In this document: piece after piece, positions 20,013 to 30,224 of the stretch
Layout: the number at the start of each line of letters is the position of its first letter
How positions within the stretch are numbered: the stretch's first letter is position 1
DNA from: a virus
Length of the DNA: 64,000 bases
Reading direction: 5' to 3' (one strand)
IMG/VR virus record: IMGVR_UViG_3300036907_000061
Location: 4,627-68,626 of that record
Translations under genes and position numbers: made by a program
The notes under the pieces: model-generated
The model's input: the letters and a program-made list of their open reading frames with translations, nothing else
Told to the model about the DNA's origin: nothing
Databases searched by the model: none

Positions 20013-20684
20013 TTATTGGTAAACGATATCTGATGTGCTGGGCTGAACCGTAGCATTGGTTGCGGTGAATTGAGAATTGGGCTGCATTGCAACGGTAAAC
20101 GTGTTAGTGCCCACCCCAAGATACTTCACAATTGATCCACTTACTGCATTGCTATACCATAGCCCACCGGCGGCGGTGGTTGGACTTAATGTAACGGTCA
20201 CTATGGCCCTGCGATTGCCAAGAACATACCAAACGCCGGTTGTGAAGTCGGTGGTGACTTCGCTGAATTTCGTGGAGTTTGTGGAATAAGTGCCGGATAT
20301 GGTTGTATTCCCAAGAAAGGTTGAGTTGGTGGAATATATTGATACCGGATTGGTTTGTGTTCCAATGGTCCAAGTCTGCCAATAAGCCGTGTCTACGGTC
20401 CAAATCTCGTACAAACCGCCGCTGCTATTGGTGCTGACATTGATGGTCAGAATGTCGTGTATCAGATTTGGAAAGTTGGTGGACGGAAAGGCAATATGGA
20501 ACGTGCCCTGCGCGTTATTCGTAGTGGTCGAATTGGCCGTTGAATAAATCACATATGGCCAGGACGACTGATAAAGGTCGGGCAGGCTGTTTCCGTTGTT
20601 TTGGTTGGGCCACTGTGCTGGCTGTGCAAAAGCATAAGCCATAACGGTCAGCGACGCCAGTGTGGTTAAAATCAGTTTTCTCAT
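20013..20684 (-). CDS. Signal-peptide T/N-rich protein directly after the major capsid gene
   Basis: Likely start MRKLILTTLASLTVMAYAFA|Q, with an AxA cleavage site. Confidence 0.6.
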   Translation of the reverse strand: MRKLILTTLASLTVMAYAFAQPAQWPNQNNGNSLPDLYQSSWPYVIYSTANSTTTNNAQGTFHIAFPSTNFPNLIHDILTINVSTNSSGGLYEIWTVDTAYWQTWTIGTQTNPVSIYSTNSTFLGNTTISGTYSTNSTKFSEVTTDFTTGVWYVLGNRRAIVTVTLSPTTAAGGLWYSNAVSGSIVKYLGVGTNTFTVAMQPNSQFTATNATVQPSTSDIVYQ

Positions 20685-20745
20685 GTGTTTTTCTTTGTGT
20701 TTTGGTTTATGCGGGAGCGGGGTATTATCCCCGCCCCCAATATTG

Positions 20746-22482
20746 TTAGCCATTCAAGTCACAACCGGTAACCGTCAGCTTCGGACAGGCGTCGCTGAAA
20801 TTCTCGATTATCTGGTGGCGGTTGGCATTGCCAACTCGAACTTCAAATGTCTGGCTGTTGAGCAGATAGTGCTGGACATTGGGGGTGATCACATCAATGT
20901 ACAGGTTGTCTGACAGGTTGTTCGTGCGAGGAACGCTCATCGTTTTGATGAGATTGATCATAATATCCGACCAATCAATCATCCACAATGCCCGTCCTCT
21001 TGATTTTTGAGCACCCTGGAATTGGGCAACCCGGTCATCAAAGTACAGGTCGCTGAACACACAGAGCTGGTATCCGTAATCCGGCAGGTCGTACATATCG
21101 TACTCCCACAGGACGGCACCATTGAAACTAATCTTCTCTCCGATTTTGGCAAAGAGAGTCAGGTCGGACGAGTATTTCGCTTTGTAATACTTCATCATCA
21201 ACTGACGAATCGCCGGACGTGTTTTGAGCAGGTCGGTCATTACATCGACTCGGTCAACCGAAATGCCAGCCTCGCCCTCGCGCTCGCGCTTGGCAATATG
21301 ACCGGCTTGGAACAGTTGGTCAAGGTCAAGCGGGCCTCCTTGTTTGTCAAGAACCTGTCCGCATTCGTCCATCTGGGTTCTGAAACCCTTGGTATTTGCC
21401 TTGTATTCGATGGCCAGAGTGGAACCCGCTCCTTGAGTAGCGGCCCATGCGGGGTCGTATACCCGGGGCAGAGACTGCCACAGCGCGGTAGTCTGGTTTT
21501 CGTTGATGGCCTTGCCATAGAAACAGGTGCGGTAATATTCATCCTCACGGAATTTCTCCTGTTGGGCACGAAGCTTGGCAAGAGGAAGGGTGCGGAATAA
21601 CTTGGTTCCAGCGCTGGTTGTGGCGGCTTCCAAAGCCTTCACGTATTCATCATTGTATTTGTGAACCCAGCGATAGGTTTGCTGCCAGTAGTCGATCAAA
21701 CCGTAATCGTTGTAACCAGGCAGTGCGAATCCATATTTCTCGAAGTCGCTCACACTGTTGGTGAGGATTTGCACAACTCCAGTCGTGGGCTGATAGGCGG
21801 CTTGCTGGCCTCCGGTGGCAGACTCCCACCATCCGTTTGTGCCAGCATCATTTGTGCCGCCGTAAGCAAAGTCACCCTTATAGGTCTGGCTGGGGGCAAC
21901 AATCACATAGGCGGAGTTGGCGTCAATGTTGGCGGACGAAACAATTCGCATGTTGGCAGTCATGGAAACGTTGGCGGTCCCAAGCCATTCAATCACAACA
22001 TAATGACCCGGCAGGAAATATCGCTCAATGTTTACCAGTGCGCTGTTGGGCTTCTTGACCCACGGAGAGGCATCGGCGTCTTGGGTGCCATTGGTAACCG
22101 TCAGGGTCCAGTGTGCGCCGGGGGATGTTCCGCCAGTTGCAGCACCGGCACTGACTCTGAAATAGTTTGGATTGACTTTGTTCCGGCGAGGAACCAGGCT
22201 AAAGGGGGCGATAACACTGGGGGCTCCGCTTGATTTTCCTTCTTTGAATCCAACGGTGCGAGACAGGAGCAGGTCGGTAAGTGAGCGTTCTTGCACACCG
22301 GCCATTCGCGCTTCCTTGGTTTGTGCAATCACTCGGTCGAGACCGATTTCTTTCAAGAAGGCGCTCTCGATGTCGCTCTGCGTCCAGGTGGAAATACTGG
22401 CTCTCGTCAAACTCATCGCGTCGTCGACGCTAATAAGGCGGGGGCTGCAATTGTCGGCGTTAAAGGCTAAGGGGTCTGGCAT
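20746..22482 (-). CDS. Major capsid protein (putative)
   Basis: 578 aa; follows portal and scaffold; has its own promoter; HK97-like elements suggested (TCFYG, TKGFRTQ). Called mainly from synteny. Confidence 0.7.
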   Translation of the reverse strand: MPDPLAFNADNCSPRLISVDDAMSLTRASISTWTQSDIESAFLKEIGLDRVIAQTKEARMAGVQERSLTDLLLSRTVGFKEGKSSGAPSVIAPFSLVPRRNKVNPNYFRVSAGAATGGTSPGAHWTLTVTNGTQDADASPWVKKPNSALVNIERYFLPGHYVVIEWLGTANVSMTANMRIVSSANIDANSAYVIVAPSQTYKGDFAYGGTNDAGTNGWWESATGGQQAAYQPTTGVVQILTNSVSDFEKYGFALPGYNDYGLIDYWQQTYRWVHKYNDEYVKALEAATTSAGTKLFRTLPLAKLRAQQEKFREDEYYRTCFYGKAINENQTTALWQSLPRVYDPAWAATQGAGSTLAIEYKANTKGFRTQMDECGQVLDKQGGPLDLDQLFQAGHIAKREREGEAGISVDRVDVMTDLLKTRPAIRQLMMKYYKAKYSSDLTLFAKIGEKISFNGAVLWEYDMYDLPDYGYQLCVFSDLYFDDRVAQFQGAQKSRGRALWMIDWSDIMINLIKTMSVPRTNNLSDNLYIDVITPNVQHYLLNSQTFEVRVGNANRHQIIENFSDACPKLTVTGCDLNG

Positions 22483-22522
22483 AATTTAATCTTTCGTTGC
22501 GATGGTTTTCGCTTTTGATCAC

Positions 22523-22551
22523 ATCTTAACATACAACACCATCATAATCAA
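22523..22551 (-). promoter_or_regulatory. sigma70-like promoter for the capsid gene
   Basis: TTGATT-17-TAAGAT with an extended -10 TG. Confidence 0.5.
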
Positions 22552-22622
22552 CAAATACCATTTAGAAGTATTATTTTATGGGTTTGGATTTGTTTTGCTG
22601 TATTGTTACTTTATGACGAACA

Positions 22623-24062
22623 TTACTTGATGCTGAACAGCTTTCCCGACACAGACTTTACATCTAATGGCCTTCTTGTTGAATCAGCAGGATTAGCTGG
22701 TTGGGTTGATGGTATGGAGGGTCCAGGAATGCGTCTTGGACCAGCCGGTGCCGTCGGGGTGTTTGGCGGTGCCGCAGGTATGTTTTGTGGCGCAGGGGTA
22801 ACATTTTGTTCTGGTGCGGGTATGTATCCGAATTCTTCCGCCATCTTCCTTGCATGCACAACCCGAGCCTCTGCCCCCTGTTTGGCAGCCCAGGCAAACA
22901 TTTCCAGAATCTGACTATGGGTTGCGGTCCAATAACTCTTGGTCTCAAAGTTATTATTTAGAGTTGATGCCTCAGATGGATTAGATTGAAGCATGGTTGA
23001 AAATTGCTGCCTGGTCAGGAACCGGCGACCGTTTCTAACTGTTATGTCGGGACCCGAGTTTGCTATGCTGTTGCACTGTTCATTGATGAATGAAGATATT
23101 GCAATGTGGGTGGCGTCTCTCTCGTTGAACTTCTTTGCACCCCTCAGTAAGTAAACATATTCACCGGCATATTTTGCGGCGCGTTGCGCCTCTTCGTCGT
23201 AGACTGTAAGGGCCATTTTTTGCTGCTTGGTGATCTTATCTGGGGTGGTAGACCTTGCTTTTATGGCGTCGGCTATGGGTGAGTTTACATCTGGTAGAAT
23301 AAGCTTTTCGCCCACGTCGCGTATGATGTCATGCTGCATCTGCTCAATTCCGGGTCGCAGTTCATTTTCAAGGCTCCTGGCTGATAACTCCTCTATTTGA
23401 GGGGCCAGATTTTTTCGTACCCTTTCTTCCGCTTCCCGGGTTCCGATCTCGCGCTGTACCCTTCTGGACTCTGACGCGCCTATTCTTGGTTTGGATGCAA
23501 GCACCTTCTGGAATGCGGTGTCGTTCTCATCAAAGGTTCGATCGGGGTCTTCCGATGACAGCTTCTGCACCTTCTGGTCATATTCCTTGTAGAACGCCAC
23601 CATCTTCTTCTGCAATCCTTTATGGCGGTCGGGGTAAAGACTTTCGGCCACCTCCATTTCTCTAAGTTCTTCCCTTTGTTCTTCGGTCAGGGAGGAAATA
23701 TATTGTTCGTCATCCGGTATAACCGGAGCTGGCGGCGGCTCCGCAGCAGGGATCGGTGCGGGTTCTGGAGGAAGAATAGATTCGGCATTGACGATCTTCG
23801 CCCTTTTTTTCCTGGCTGCCGGAGCTGGAGGAGGCTCTGGAGATACTGGTGGAGCGGGAGTGGCGGGTGCTGCGGGTGTAACATCTGAAACCACTACCGG
23901 GGGAACCGTTGGTGTGGGTGTCGGTTCTGGAGCGGGTTCTGGGGCTGGTGCCACTACTACGTTTTGACCCAAATCACCTAAAATCTTTTGGATGAATGAG
24001 TCTGGTTTTTGAGGTTCTGTCACAACCGGAACTTCCGGTGTTGGGTTTGTGGGTTCTGGCAT
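22623..24062 (-). CDS. Scaffolding protein (putative)
   Basis: Pro-rich disordered ends and a charged helical core, between portal and capsid genes. Confidence 0.6.
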   Translation of the reverse strand: MPEPTNPTPEVPVVTEPQKPDSFIQKILGDLGQNVVVAPAPEPAPEPTPTPTVPPVVVSDVTPAAPATPAPPVSPEPPPAPAARKKRAKIVNAESILPPEPAPIPAAEPPPAPVIPDDEQYISSLTEEQREELREMEVAESLYPDRHKGLQKKMVAFYKEYDQKVQKLSSEDPDRTFDENDTAFQKVLASKPRIGASESRRVQREIGTREAEERVRKNLAPQIEELSARSLENELRPGIEQMQHDIIRDVGEKLILPDVNSPIADAIKARSTTPDKITKQQKMALTVYDEEAQRAAKYAGEYVYLLRGAKKFNERDATHIAISSFINEQCNSIANSGPDITVRNGRRFLTRQQFSTMLQSNPSEASTLNNNFETKSYWTATHSQILEMFAWAAKQGAEARVVHARKMAEEFGYIPAPEQNVTPAPQNIPAAPPNTPTAPAGPRRIPGPSIPSTQPANPADSTRRPLDVKSVSGKLFSIK

Positions 24063-24066
24063 AATG

Positions 24067-26481
24067 TTATTGCGGTGGTGGTGCCCCTTGAGTCATCCCA
24101 CCGGGTGGCGATCCGGGGGGTGGACCTTGTGGGCTGGATTGTTTTTCAATTTGTGCGGCTGCTTGGGGATTGGTCTGGCTGATGACCTGCAATATTGCCT
24201 GAACTTGTTTTGCGGTTGTGTGTTCGGTGTCTGCCAGTTGTTGTATGGCCTGCATTACTTGCTGGTCGTCTCCCATTTCAAATGAATCGCTTTCGCCATC
24301 TTTGAGCTGCATGTTCAGGTCTACTCCGGCATCGGAGTCGCGCACCATGGTGTTGATGAGTTCCAGGACTTTCTTCTTGCCCATGGCGGTCAGTACGGCC
24401 TTTTGGACTTCTGGTTGCAGGGTTCCAATGGCGTGGAGTATCTGCACCAAAACCTGGGCTCGTTGGGTTCCAATGGAACGGAATGATCCGTCGCGGGTAT
24501 TGAAGATGTAGTTGTGAATCAGGTTCTGTTTATTGCCCATGATGGTGTAAAATCCAGGAACATAACCCATGGGCATGTCACCATCTTCATTTGGCTTTAC
24601 CTCAAATCCAGCCTGCTCCACTATGGATTGTGGATATCTTGCCTCCACCGTAAGTTCAATATCTGGCGTGCCGCATGCTATGAGGGATTCAAAGCAGATT
24701 CGTTTCATTGCCGCCCTGCCCTCATCTATTGGGGAAGAAATGAAGTTGTAAATTACATCGGTTGTGCCGCTGATCGCGGCGGTCTCGGTTGCGGAAATCT
24801 CATGCGATGGAACCTGCCCCTGTTCATGGGCGCTCATCATTGCCAGGCGCTCTGCCAGATTTATGGTGGTTGTTATCGCTTGCAGGATTTCCCCTATCTG
24901 GGTATTGGTTTGGGCGCGGGTAACACTAAATATATTTTCGCCCTTTATCTCAATTCCCATCTCCCGCATCTTTGAGAAAGACGCCTCAAGTATGATGATG
25001 CCCGCGTAGTAATCCTTGGAGGTCATTGACTTTACAAATTCGTCATATGCCTTCTTGCCGTCTTCGGTGTCTGGGAACACATCCTTGTTCAGCGTTGCCA
25101 CTGTAAACAGGTCTCGCTTAACCACTTCCAGAAGCTGGCTGAACAGGTTGGTGATCTGGTCCTGGAATGGAAGCATCTCGTGGGCGAGGGAAATATTAAG
25201 GAATCTAGCATCCTGCTCATTGAAGCTGTATACTGCCCCCGGGCTGCTTGGCATTATCTTGGCATAAACAACAGTATTGTCTCCAGCAACTTTCAAATGT
25301 ATCCACACAGGATACGGGTAAGTGCCCCAGTTCCAGTTTTGGGGAATGACCTTTACCCACAGGTTGGTGTAGAAAGTGGCCACTTCTTCCATGCCTCCCT
25401 GATAAATACCGGCATAGACTCCTATGGTATTCTTGCGGTCGTTCTTGGCGGCCGGGTCATCGTCCACGTTGGGTATCAGTGGTGGAATGAGTCGGTCGAA
25501 ATATTGATTGAAGTAGGTTGGGAAGGTGGTAAACCAGCTAATCATTCCCCTGGAGAAACAAACAGAATCTCGGTTGAAGAAGTCGGGACTCTCCATCACA
25601 TCGCCCCACCGGCAAACATCCCAGTATCCAACGTATTCGCATCCTGTGTCGGTGTTCAGACTTGTCAATGGATGATTGTTGTCGTAGAATAATCTGGATG
25701 GGTGGGGAGTAACCCAGGCAATCCCCTCCTTGGACACTCTGGGTGTAATCTTGAAATCTGATTTTCCCGCCAGTTCTGGTGCTATTTTCTCGGCTTCATA
25801 GGTCCAGTATCGTTCCCAGTTTGATCTGGGAAATGCCACCGTGTGTCCATACAAAAGCATTTCACGCACGAACTGGTCCTGCTGGTGCCGATATCCAAAA
25901 TCATCAGCCATTACATCCATTCTCTGACTGGTAAGGTCGGCCCTGAGATATCCAACTTGACTGACGTTTCGGGGGTCATATTTCCACCATGGCCACAATC
26001 CTGCATATTTTGCCGATTGGGCGGCAACCCTACGCATGATAATGGATCGCACTATATTGACGTTTACCTCTGTGAACTTTGGAAGATCGATGAATACGGG
26101 CTCTCCATCCTTGTTCTTTTTGACGTACTTGTCTCCGCCTGGAACTCCCTCCATGGCTTTTGCGGCTTTTGGGATGTCTATCCTTCCTTGAGCGTATTGC
26201 ATCAGGGGAAGAATCTGCTTGTTGATGGGGCAAGAATCCCATGCCAAATCTACTGCGGAATAGATGGCATGATTAACCAGAGAATGGTATATATGCTCCT
26301 GCAACCAACCGGCAACCATGAGTTTGAACTTCTCCCTTAACTTTACCTCTTCTGTGATAGCCTTTAGTTCTCCGGGAGACATCTTTTTCTGCTTGCGAGG
26401 ATCGGGCATCTTGGACGTGAAGAATTTTCGCAGTCGGGAATCGTTGGTTCCAAACCGTTCCAGGATGTCGTAGTTTACCAT
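24067..26481 (-). CDS. Portal protein
   Basis: 804 aa; EISATETAAI motif (TATE-like motif of podophage portals); Q/P-rich tail; downstream of the terminase. Confidence 0.75.
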   Translation of the reverse strand: MVNYDILERFGTNDSRLRKFFTSKMPDPRKQKKMSPGELKAITEEVKLREKFKLMVAGWLQEHIYHSLVNHAIYSAVDLAWDSCPINKQILPLMQYAQGRIDIPKAAKAMEGVPGGDKYVKKNKDGEPVFIDLPKFTEVNVNIVRSIIMRRVAAQSAKYAGLWPWWKYDPRNVSQVGYLRADLTSQRMDVMADDFGYRHQQDQFVREMLLYGHTVAFPRSNWERYWTYEAEKIAPELAGKSDFKITPRVSKEGIAWVTPHPSRLFYDNNHPLTSLNTDTGCEYVGYWDVCRWGDVMESPDFFNRDSVCFSRGMISWFTTFPTYFNQYFDRLIPPLIPNVDDDPAAKNDRKNTIGVYAGIYQGGMEEVATFYTNLWVKVIPQNWNWGTYPYPVWIHLKVAGDNTVVYAKIMPSSPGAVYSFNEQDARFLNISLAHEMLPFQDQITNLFSQLLEVVKRDLFTVATLNKDVFPDTEDGKKAYDEFVKSMTSKDYYAGIIILEASFSKMREMGIEIKGENIFSVTRAQTNTQIGEILQAITTTINLAERLAMMSAHEQGQVPSHEISATETAAISGTTDVIYNFISSPIDEGRAAMKRICFESLIACGTPDIELTVEARYPQSIVEQAGFEVKPNEDGDMPMGYVPGFYTIMGNKQNLIHNYIFNTRDGSFRSIGTQRAQVLVQILHAIGTLQPEVQKAVLTAMGKKKVLELINTMVRDSDAGVDLNMQLKDGESDSFEMGDDQQVMQAIQQLADTEHTTAKQVQAILQVISQTNPQAAAQIEKQSSPQGPPPGSPPGGMTQGAPPPQ

Positions 26482-26482
26482 A

Positions 26483-26785
26483 TTAAGCCCGTTTTACAAT
26501 AGCGATGATGTTGTTCTCTCTCGTGAGATGGCAGTGTAAGTCTTCAACGTCCACATCCTGATGGCCGTATGGATCATATTTCACAATGTCGCCAATCCGC
26601 ACCTCCACCGGAATCAGGGTGCCATTGGTAAACCGCCTGCCCGGCCCATGTGCTAGAACTTTTCCATTTATGTGTGGATTGCGAGGGTCTGGTGCGGCAT
26701 TCTGTGGAAGTATAAATCCTCTTAGTGTTTGTTCGCCTTCGTCCACTGGATGTATTAATACCTGATTAGAGCACGGCTGAAGCAT
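26483..26785 (-). CDS. groES: Co-chaperonin GroES (Cpn10)
   Basis: LQPCSNQVLI...TLRGFILP...GKVLAHGPGR...VRIGDIVKY...ENNIIAIV matches the GroES pattern. Confidence 0.9.
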   Translation of the reverse strand: MLQPCSNQVLIHPVDEGEQTLRGFILPQNAAPDPRNPHINGKVLAHGPGRRFTNGTLIPVEVRIGDIVKYDPYGHQDVDVEDLHCHLTRENNIIAIVKRA

Positions 26786-27176
26786 ATTGGTCTCTATATT
26801 TTTTACCAATGAAGTTCATTGGCATGATTGGTTCTCCGCTGTGTTGGGTTCTGAAATATACCAGGGCACTCTGTATGATTGCGAAATGAAGAGACGCTAC
26901 CGGCTCGAATTTTCCTTTGTAGATTGCCCGCTCCAGTTGCGACTTCTTGAGGCAGCATAGCTCCGCCAGTTCTTCCATGGTGCAGTTGAGTTGCTGGCAT
27001 AGGTTTACGGCGCTTTGCAGGCTCCATCCGGCATGAATGCCAAGCCTTTCGTAATGCCTGTGGATACGATACGCAGCGCCGGTTTTGAGCAGTTCTCGTT
27101 GATGTTTGTAATTCCTTCGCTTCTTACGGCTGCATTCCGTCGGCGGTTTTTGTGGTTGGGTTGGCGCTGACTCCAT
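26766..27176 (-). CDS. Putative HTH DNA-binding protein
   Basis: LNCTMEELAELCCLKKSQLER is HTH-like. Confidence 0.45.
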   Translation of the reverse strand: MESAPTQPQKPPTECSRKKRRNYKHQRELLKTGAAYRIHRHYERLGIHAGWSLQSAVNLCQQLNCTMEELAELCCLKKSQLERAIYKGKFEPVASLHFAIIQSALVYFRTQHSGEPIMPMNFIGKKYRDQYASAVL

Positions 27177-27465
27177 TTTCGGATTCCTCTTCGGCGTCCT
27201 CGTCTTCCTTGTCCCCCTTTACCACCTTGACGCCGGGTTCGTCGTTTTCGGCGGTATCACCGGACTTGGTTGATCCCTTGGGGGTGACGAATTCTATCTC
27301 GGAAATTGAGAATGTGCAGGTATTGTCATCAGATTGGTCTAACTGCAAGACGGCGCTTTTTACTGTCAGCTCGTCGCCCGGTTGTAGTTTGCTGACTAAT
27401 GAAGCGAGTTCCGGTTCGTCCCGAGTGTCAATAATGACCTTGTCGATTTGTGTGGTATTCATCAT
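27124..27465 (-). CDS. Acidic hypothetical protein
   Basis: 113 aa ORF directly after a promoter. Confidence 0.5.
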   Translation of the reverse strand: MMNTTQIDKVIIDTRDEPELASLVSKLQPGDELTVKSAVLQLDQSDDNTCTFSISEIEFVTPKGSTKSGDTAENDEPGVKVVKGDKEDEDAEEESENGVSANPTTKTADGMQP

Positions 27466-27510
27466 GGCGGTGTGCCTTTGTTAGTTAATGGAAAATGTAT
27501 GTTCGACCAT

Positions 27511-27539
27511 AAAATATGCCATATCACCGTTGGTGTCAA
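27511..27539 (-). promoter_or_regulatory. sigma70-like promoter
   Basis: TTGACA-17-TATTTT. Confidence 0.55.
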
Positions 27540-27546
27540 GATTTCT

Positions 27547-29118
27547 TTAACCGGAGCCTACTCTGATGAGTCTTGGTGCCACTTCGGCCTGTTTGAAAAC
27601 CAACCTTCCGCCCAGCGACTCTTTGAACATGGGATACGAACAGGCATCAAACACATCCACGTATGGGTGCTGTCGCTTGGGTTTCTCTGGGTCTTCCTTG
27701 TCGGCCTCCAGATTCCCCATCATGTCTCGCACATTCTTGCAGGTTGCAGAAACGAATAACTCATCCTGCCACAATTTGGATTGTAGTAATCTGATTCGGG
27801 CCGAGATGCTTCCCTGTCCCTTGGGGCAGCCAATCATCTTAATCTGTCTCACTCCAACGGCACCGATGTCTTTTGAAAATTCAGGGGCGGCTTTGTTGAA
27901 CTCTTTCTCAAACTCCATTGCGTCGTAACTTCCGGTGCCGGGCCGGTACTGGTTGATGGCCGATTCATCGGTGATGTGCATGTATTGAAACTCGAAATTG
28001 CATGTTTTCTTCCAGAACCGCATCCTTTCAATCACCTCCCAGGCCAGGCTTTTATACAGCGTTCGTTTGTAAAACTTGCAGATTTCATCGAAAATTATTA
28101 TGACATTCTTGTCCTTCATGGGTATGAATTGCTCGAATATGATTGCCGACCACATCTGTCCCAGGTCGTATCCGATGTGGATGGGCCATCCGGGCCGGGG
28201 CAGTAATCCCTCTCCTTTGATAATATCCCCCTTACAGTGCCGGTCCTGATTCCAGTATTCGGTAAGTATTCCATCTCCCCTTGGCCGGTCCACCCATTCT
28301 CCACCAACCAGTCTGCGGTATTCGGTCGGGTCGTTCTTGAGGGTCTTTTGAAGCTGTTCCATGTAGCCCCTGGGAACCCTATGTGCGTTCTCAGTGAATG
28401 GAATGTGGAATATGGAAAAATCCTTGTCTCTGATGCCGGTCTTTTCATCAACGCATTCTACATGAAATACCTTGAATACCCAATGAGAAGGACCTTCTGG
28501 ATTGCAGGTGGCAACAAATTGCTGTGGTCCGGTGATTCCCCGTCTGCGACCCAGTTGCAGTTTTGGATAGACGAAGTATTCCCTGCCGTCGCAATTGGTC
28601 AATTCCTCCACAATTACCATGCTGGGAGACCATGCTTTTACTCGATGCTCAACCTGAACAGAATACTGAATTGACATCAATAGAATCTTGGACCAGCCGC
28701 CATATCTGTTCCTGATCCATCTATGTCGATCTTTGGTGAGCGGGTCTAGTTTGCTGGCGGTGTATTCCAGTCCAATTCCGTCCTTCCATGCTGGAAGAAT
28801 CAAGGTATCCATGTCATACCAAAGGCCTTCAAATCCAGACCGCAGTGAGGGTGTGATGATTAGAACCAGGGCGTTATCGTTGTCGTAGGCGTGTCTAACC
28901 CCCATATAACCGGCACAGATTGATTTACCGCTTGCCTTTTCGGCTTCCATCAATACGTTCAAAGCCGAACTGTGAAATGCCAGTTTCTGGGTTGGATTAA
29001 GATCGGGCTCCCACGTCTTGTCGGGAATGGGTTTGGATGTGGGCGGTGGCGGTGTTTCGACCGGCTCGAATTGCTCAACTATGGCGCTGGCAAGGTCGTC
29101 TGTGAAATTAGGTCGCAT
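27547..29118 (-). CDS. terL: Terminase large subunit
   Basis: Walker A-like EKASGKS, Walker B VIVEE, ATCNPEGPSHW coupling motif, nuclease GYDLG and DVFDA. Confidence 0.9.
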   Translation of the reverse strand: MRPNFTDDLASAIVEQFEPVETPPPPTSKPIPDKTWEPDLNPTQKLAFHSSALNVLMEAEKASGKSICAGYMGVRHAYDNDNALVLIITPSLRSGFEGLWYDMDTLILPAWKDGIGLEYTASKLDPLTKDRHRWIRNRYGGWSKILLMSIQYSVQVEHRVKAWSPSMVIVEELTNCDGREYFVYPKLQLGRRRGITGPQQFVATCNPEGPSHWVFKVFHVECVDEKTGIRDKDFSIFHIPFTENAHRVPRGYMEQLQKTLKNDPTEYRRLVGGEWVDRPRGDGILTEYWNQDRHCKGDIIKGEGLLPRPGWPIHIGYDLGQMWSAIIFEQFIPMKDKNVIIIFDEICKFYKRTLYKSLAWEVIERMRFWKKTCNFEFQYMHITDESAINQYRPGTGSYDAMEFEKEFNKAAPEFSKDIGAVGVRQIKMIGCPKGQGSISARIRLLQSKLWQDELFVSATCKNVRDMMGNLEADKEDPEKPKRQHPYVDVFDACSYPMFKESLGGRLVFKQAEVAPRLIRVGSG

Positions 29119-29821
29119 CTTGCGGCTCTCTGGTTAGTGGGCCAAAAGACGGACTGCGTGGTGGTTTTCCTCCTAGGTTTTGAGACTGTGAAAGCTGACG
29201 TATTCTTGCGGCGGTGAGGGTGGCTTTGAGTGCCCGGTCATACATTCCGTTCATCAATTCAAGCAGTCTGCTTCTGTCCTTGCGAAGCATTTCCTCGTAA
29301 TCTAGCGCAAGTTCGCTGTTCACAGATTGTTTGTCTGGGTCGTTGATTACCGAGGTGATGTTCTTTACCTCAATCATCATCTCTATGAACTGTCGGGCTA
29401 TTCCCCCACCAAGAAGATCGACCACATTTCGGAAATGGGCTCGATGGAATTTCTGTAGATTGACAGCAAGATCAAGGTCTTCCCCGGATATTCCAATGTT
29501 TTCAAGACCGCTTCTTACCAGCCTGTCCTCTTTCTCAATCAACCTGGCCATTGCGTCCTCCGCTATTAATGGCGCTATAGCCTCGCTGGGAGCCGTAGGA
29601 AGCGTCGGGGCCGCCCGGTTGATGTCTGTGTAGTCTACTGGAATCGGTGGGGTCTTGTGCTTTCTCTGCCACCTAAGCGATAAGTTCTTGTTTCCGTTGA
29701 TTTTTTGCTTTAGATCGGGTCCGGTTATCCCCAGCACTCGTGCAGCCCTTGAGACCACACCTTGACACTGTTCCATTGCTTGGTGAATGGAAGCCTCTGA
29801 GATTGGGTTTTCATCAGGCAT
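29108..29821 (-). CDS. Terminase small subunit (putative)
   Basis: N-terminal HTH (GVVSRAARVLGI); overlaps the terL start. Confidence 0.55.
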   Translation of the reverse strand: MPDENPISEASIHQAMEQCQGVVSRAARVLGITGPDLKQKINGNKNLSLRWQRKHKTPPIPVDYTDINRAAPTLPTAPSEAIAPLIAEDAMARLIEKEDRLVRSGLENIGISGEDLDLAVNLQKFHRAHFRNVVDLLGGGIARQFIEMMIEVKNITSVINDPDKQSVNSELALDYEEMLRKDRSRLLELMNGMYDRALKATLTAARIRQLSQSQNLGGKPPRSPSFGPLTREPQDAT

Positions 29822-30224
29822 GTCGGTCACTGTCGAAAGCTGAACCTCCGCCAAGTCTAAGCGAGTAATAAATTGTTTCAATCTCTACATCTGCAACTCC
29901 CTGCGCCGCAAGGGCTTCCTTCATCAACTCGTCGCACTCGAACCGGGACAGGGTGAGTTGTGTCCATGTTCCATCGGGCTGTAGCTCTTGCAGGAAGTTA
30001 TGATACCCGGCGTCGTGTAATAGGCCCGGAAACCATTCTGGCCCAAACGGAGGAATAATGTCCCACACGAATCTTGGAGTAGAAATCCCATCCGTGGAAC
30101 CACCGTCAATGGCCCTCAGTACGCGACCATCTTGAGTCACATACTCAAGTGGCTCCAGCAGAATGAAATTATGGCCGTCATAGGTTCTGACGGCCAATGA
30201 CAGGTTTTTGAAACCGTATGACAT
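29814..30224 (-). CDS. DUF1353-like protein
   Basis: TDGISTPRFVW...PFG...LLHDAGY...R.ECD..MKEAL motif. Confidence 0.8.
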   Translation of the reverse strand: MSYGFKNLSLAVRTYDGHNFILLEPLEYVTQDGRVLRAIDGGSTDGISTPRFVWDIIPPFGPEWFPGLLHDAGYHNFLQELQPDGTWTQLTLSRFECDELMKEALAAQGVADVEIETIYYSLRLGGGSAFDSDRHA

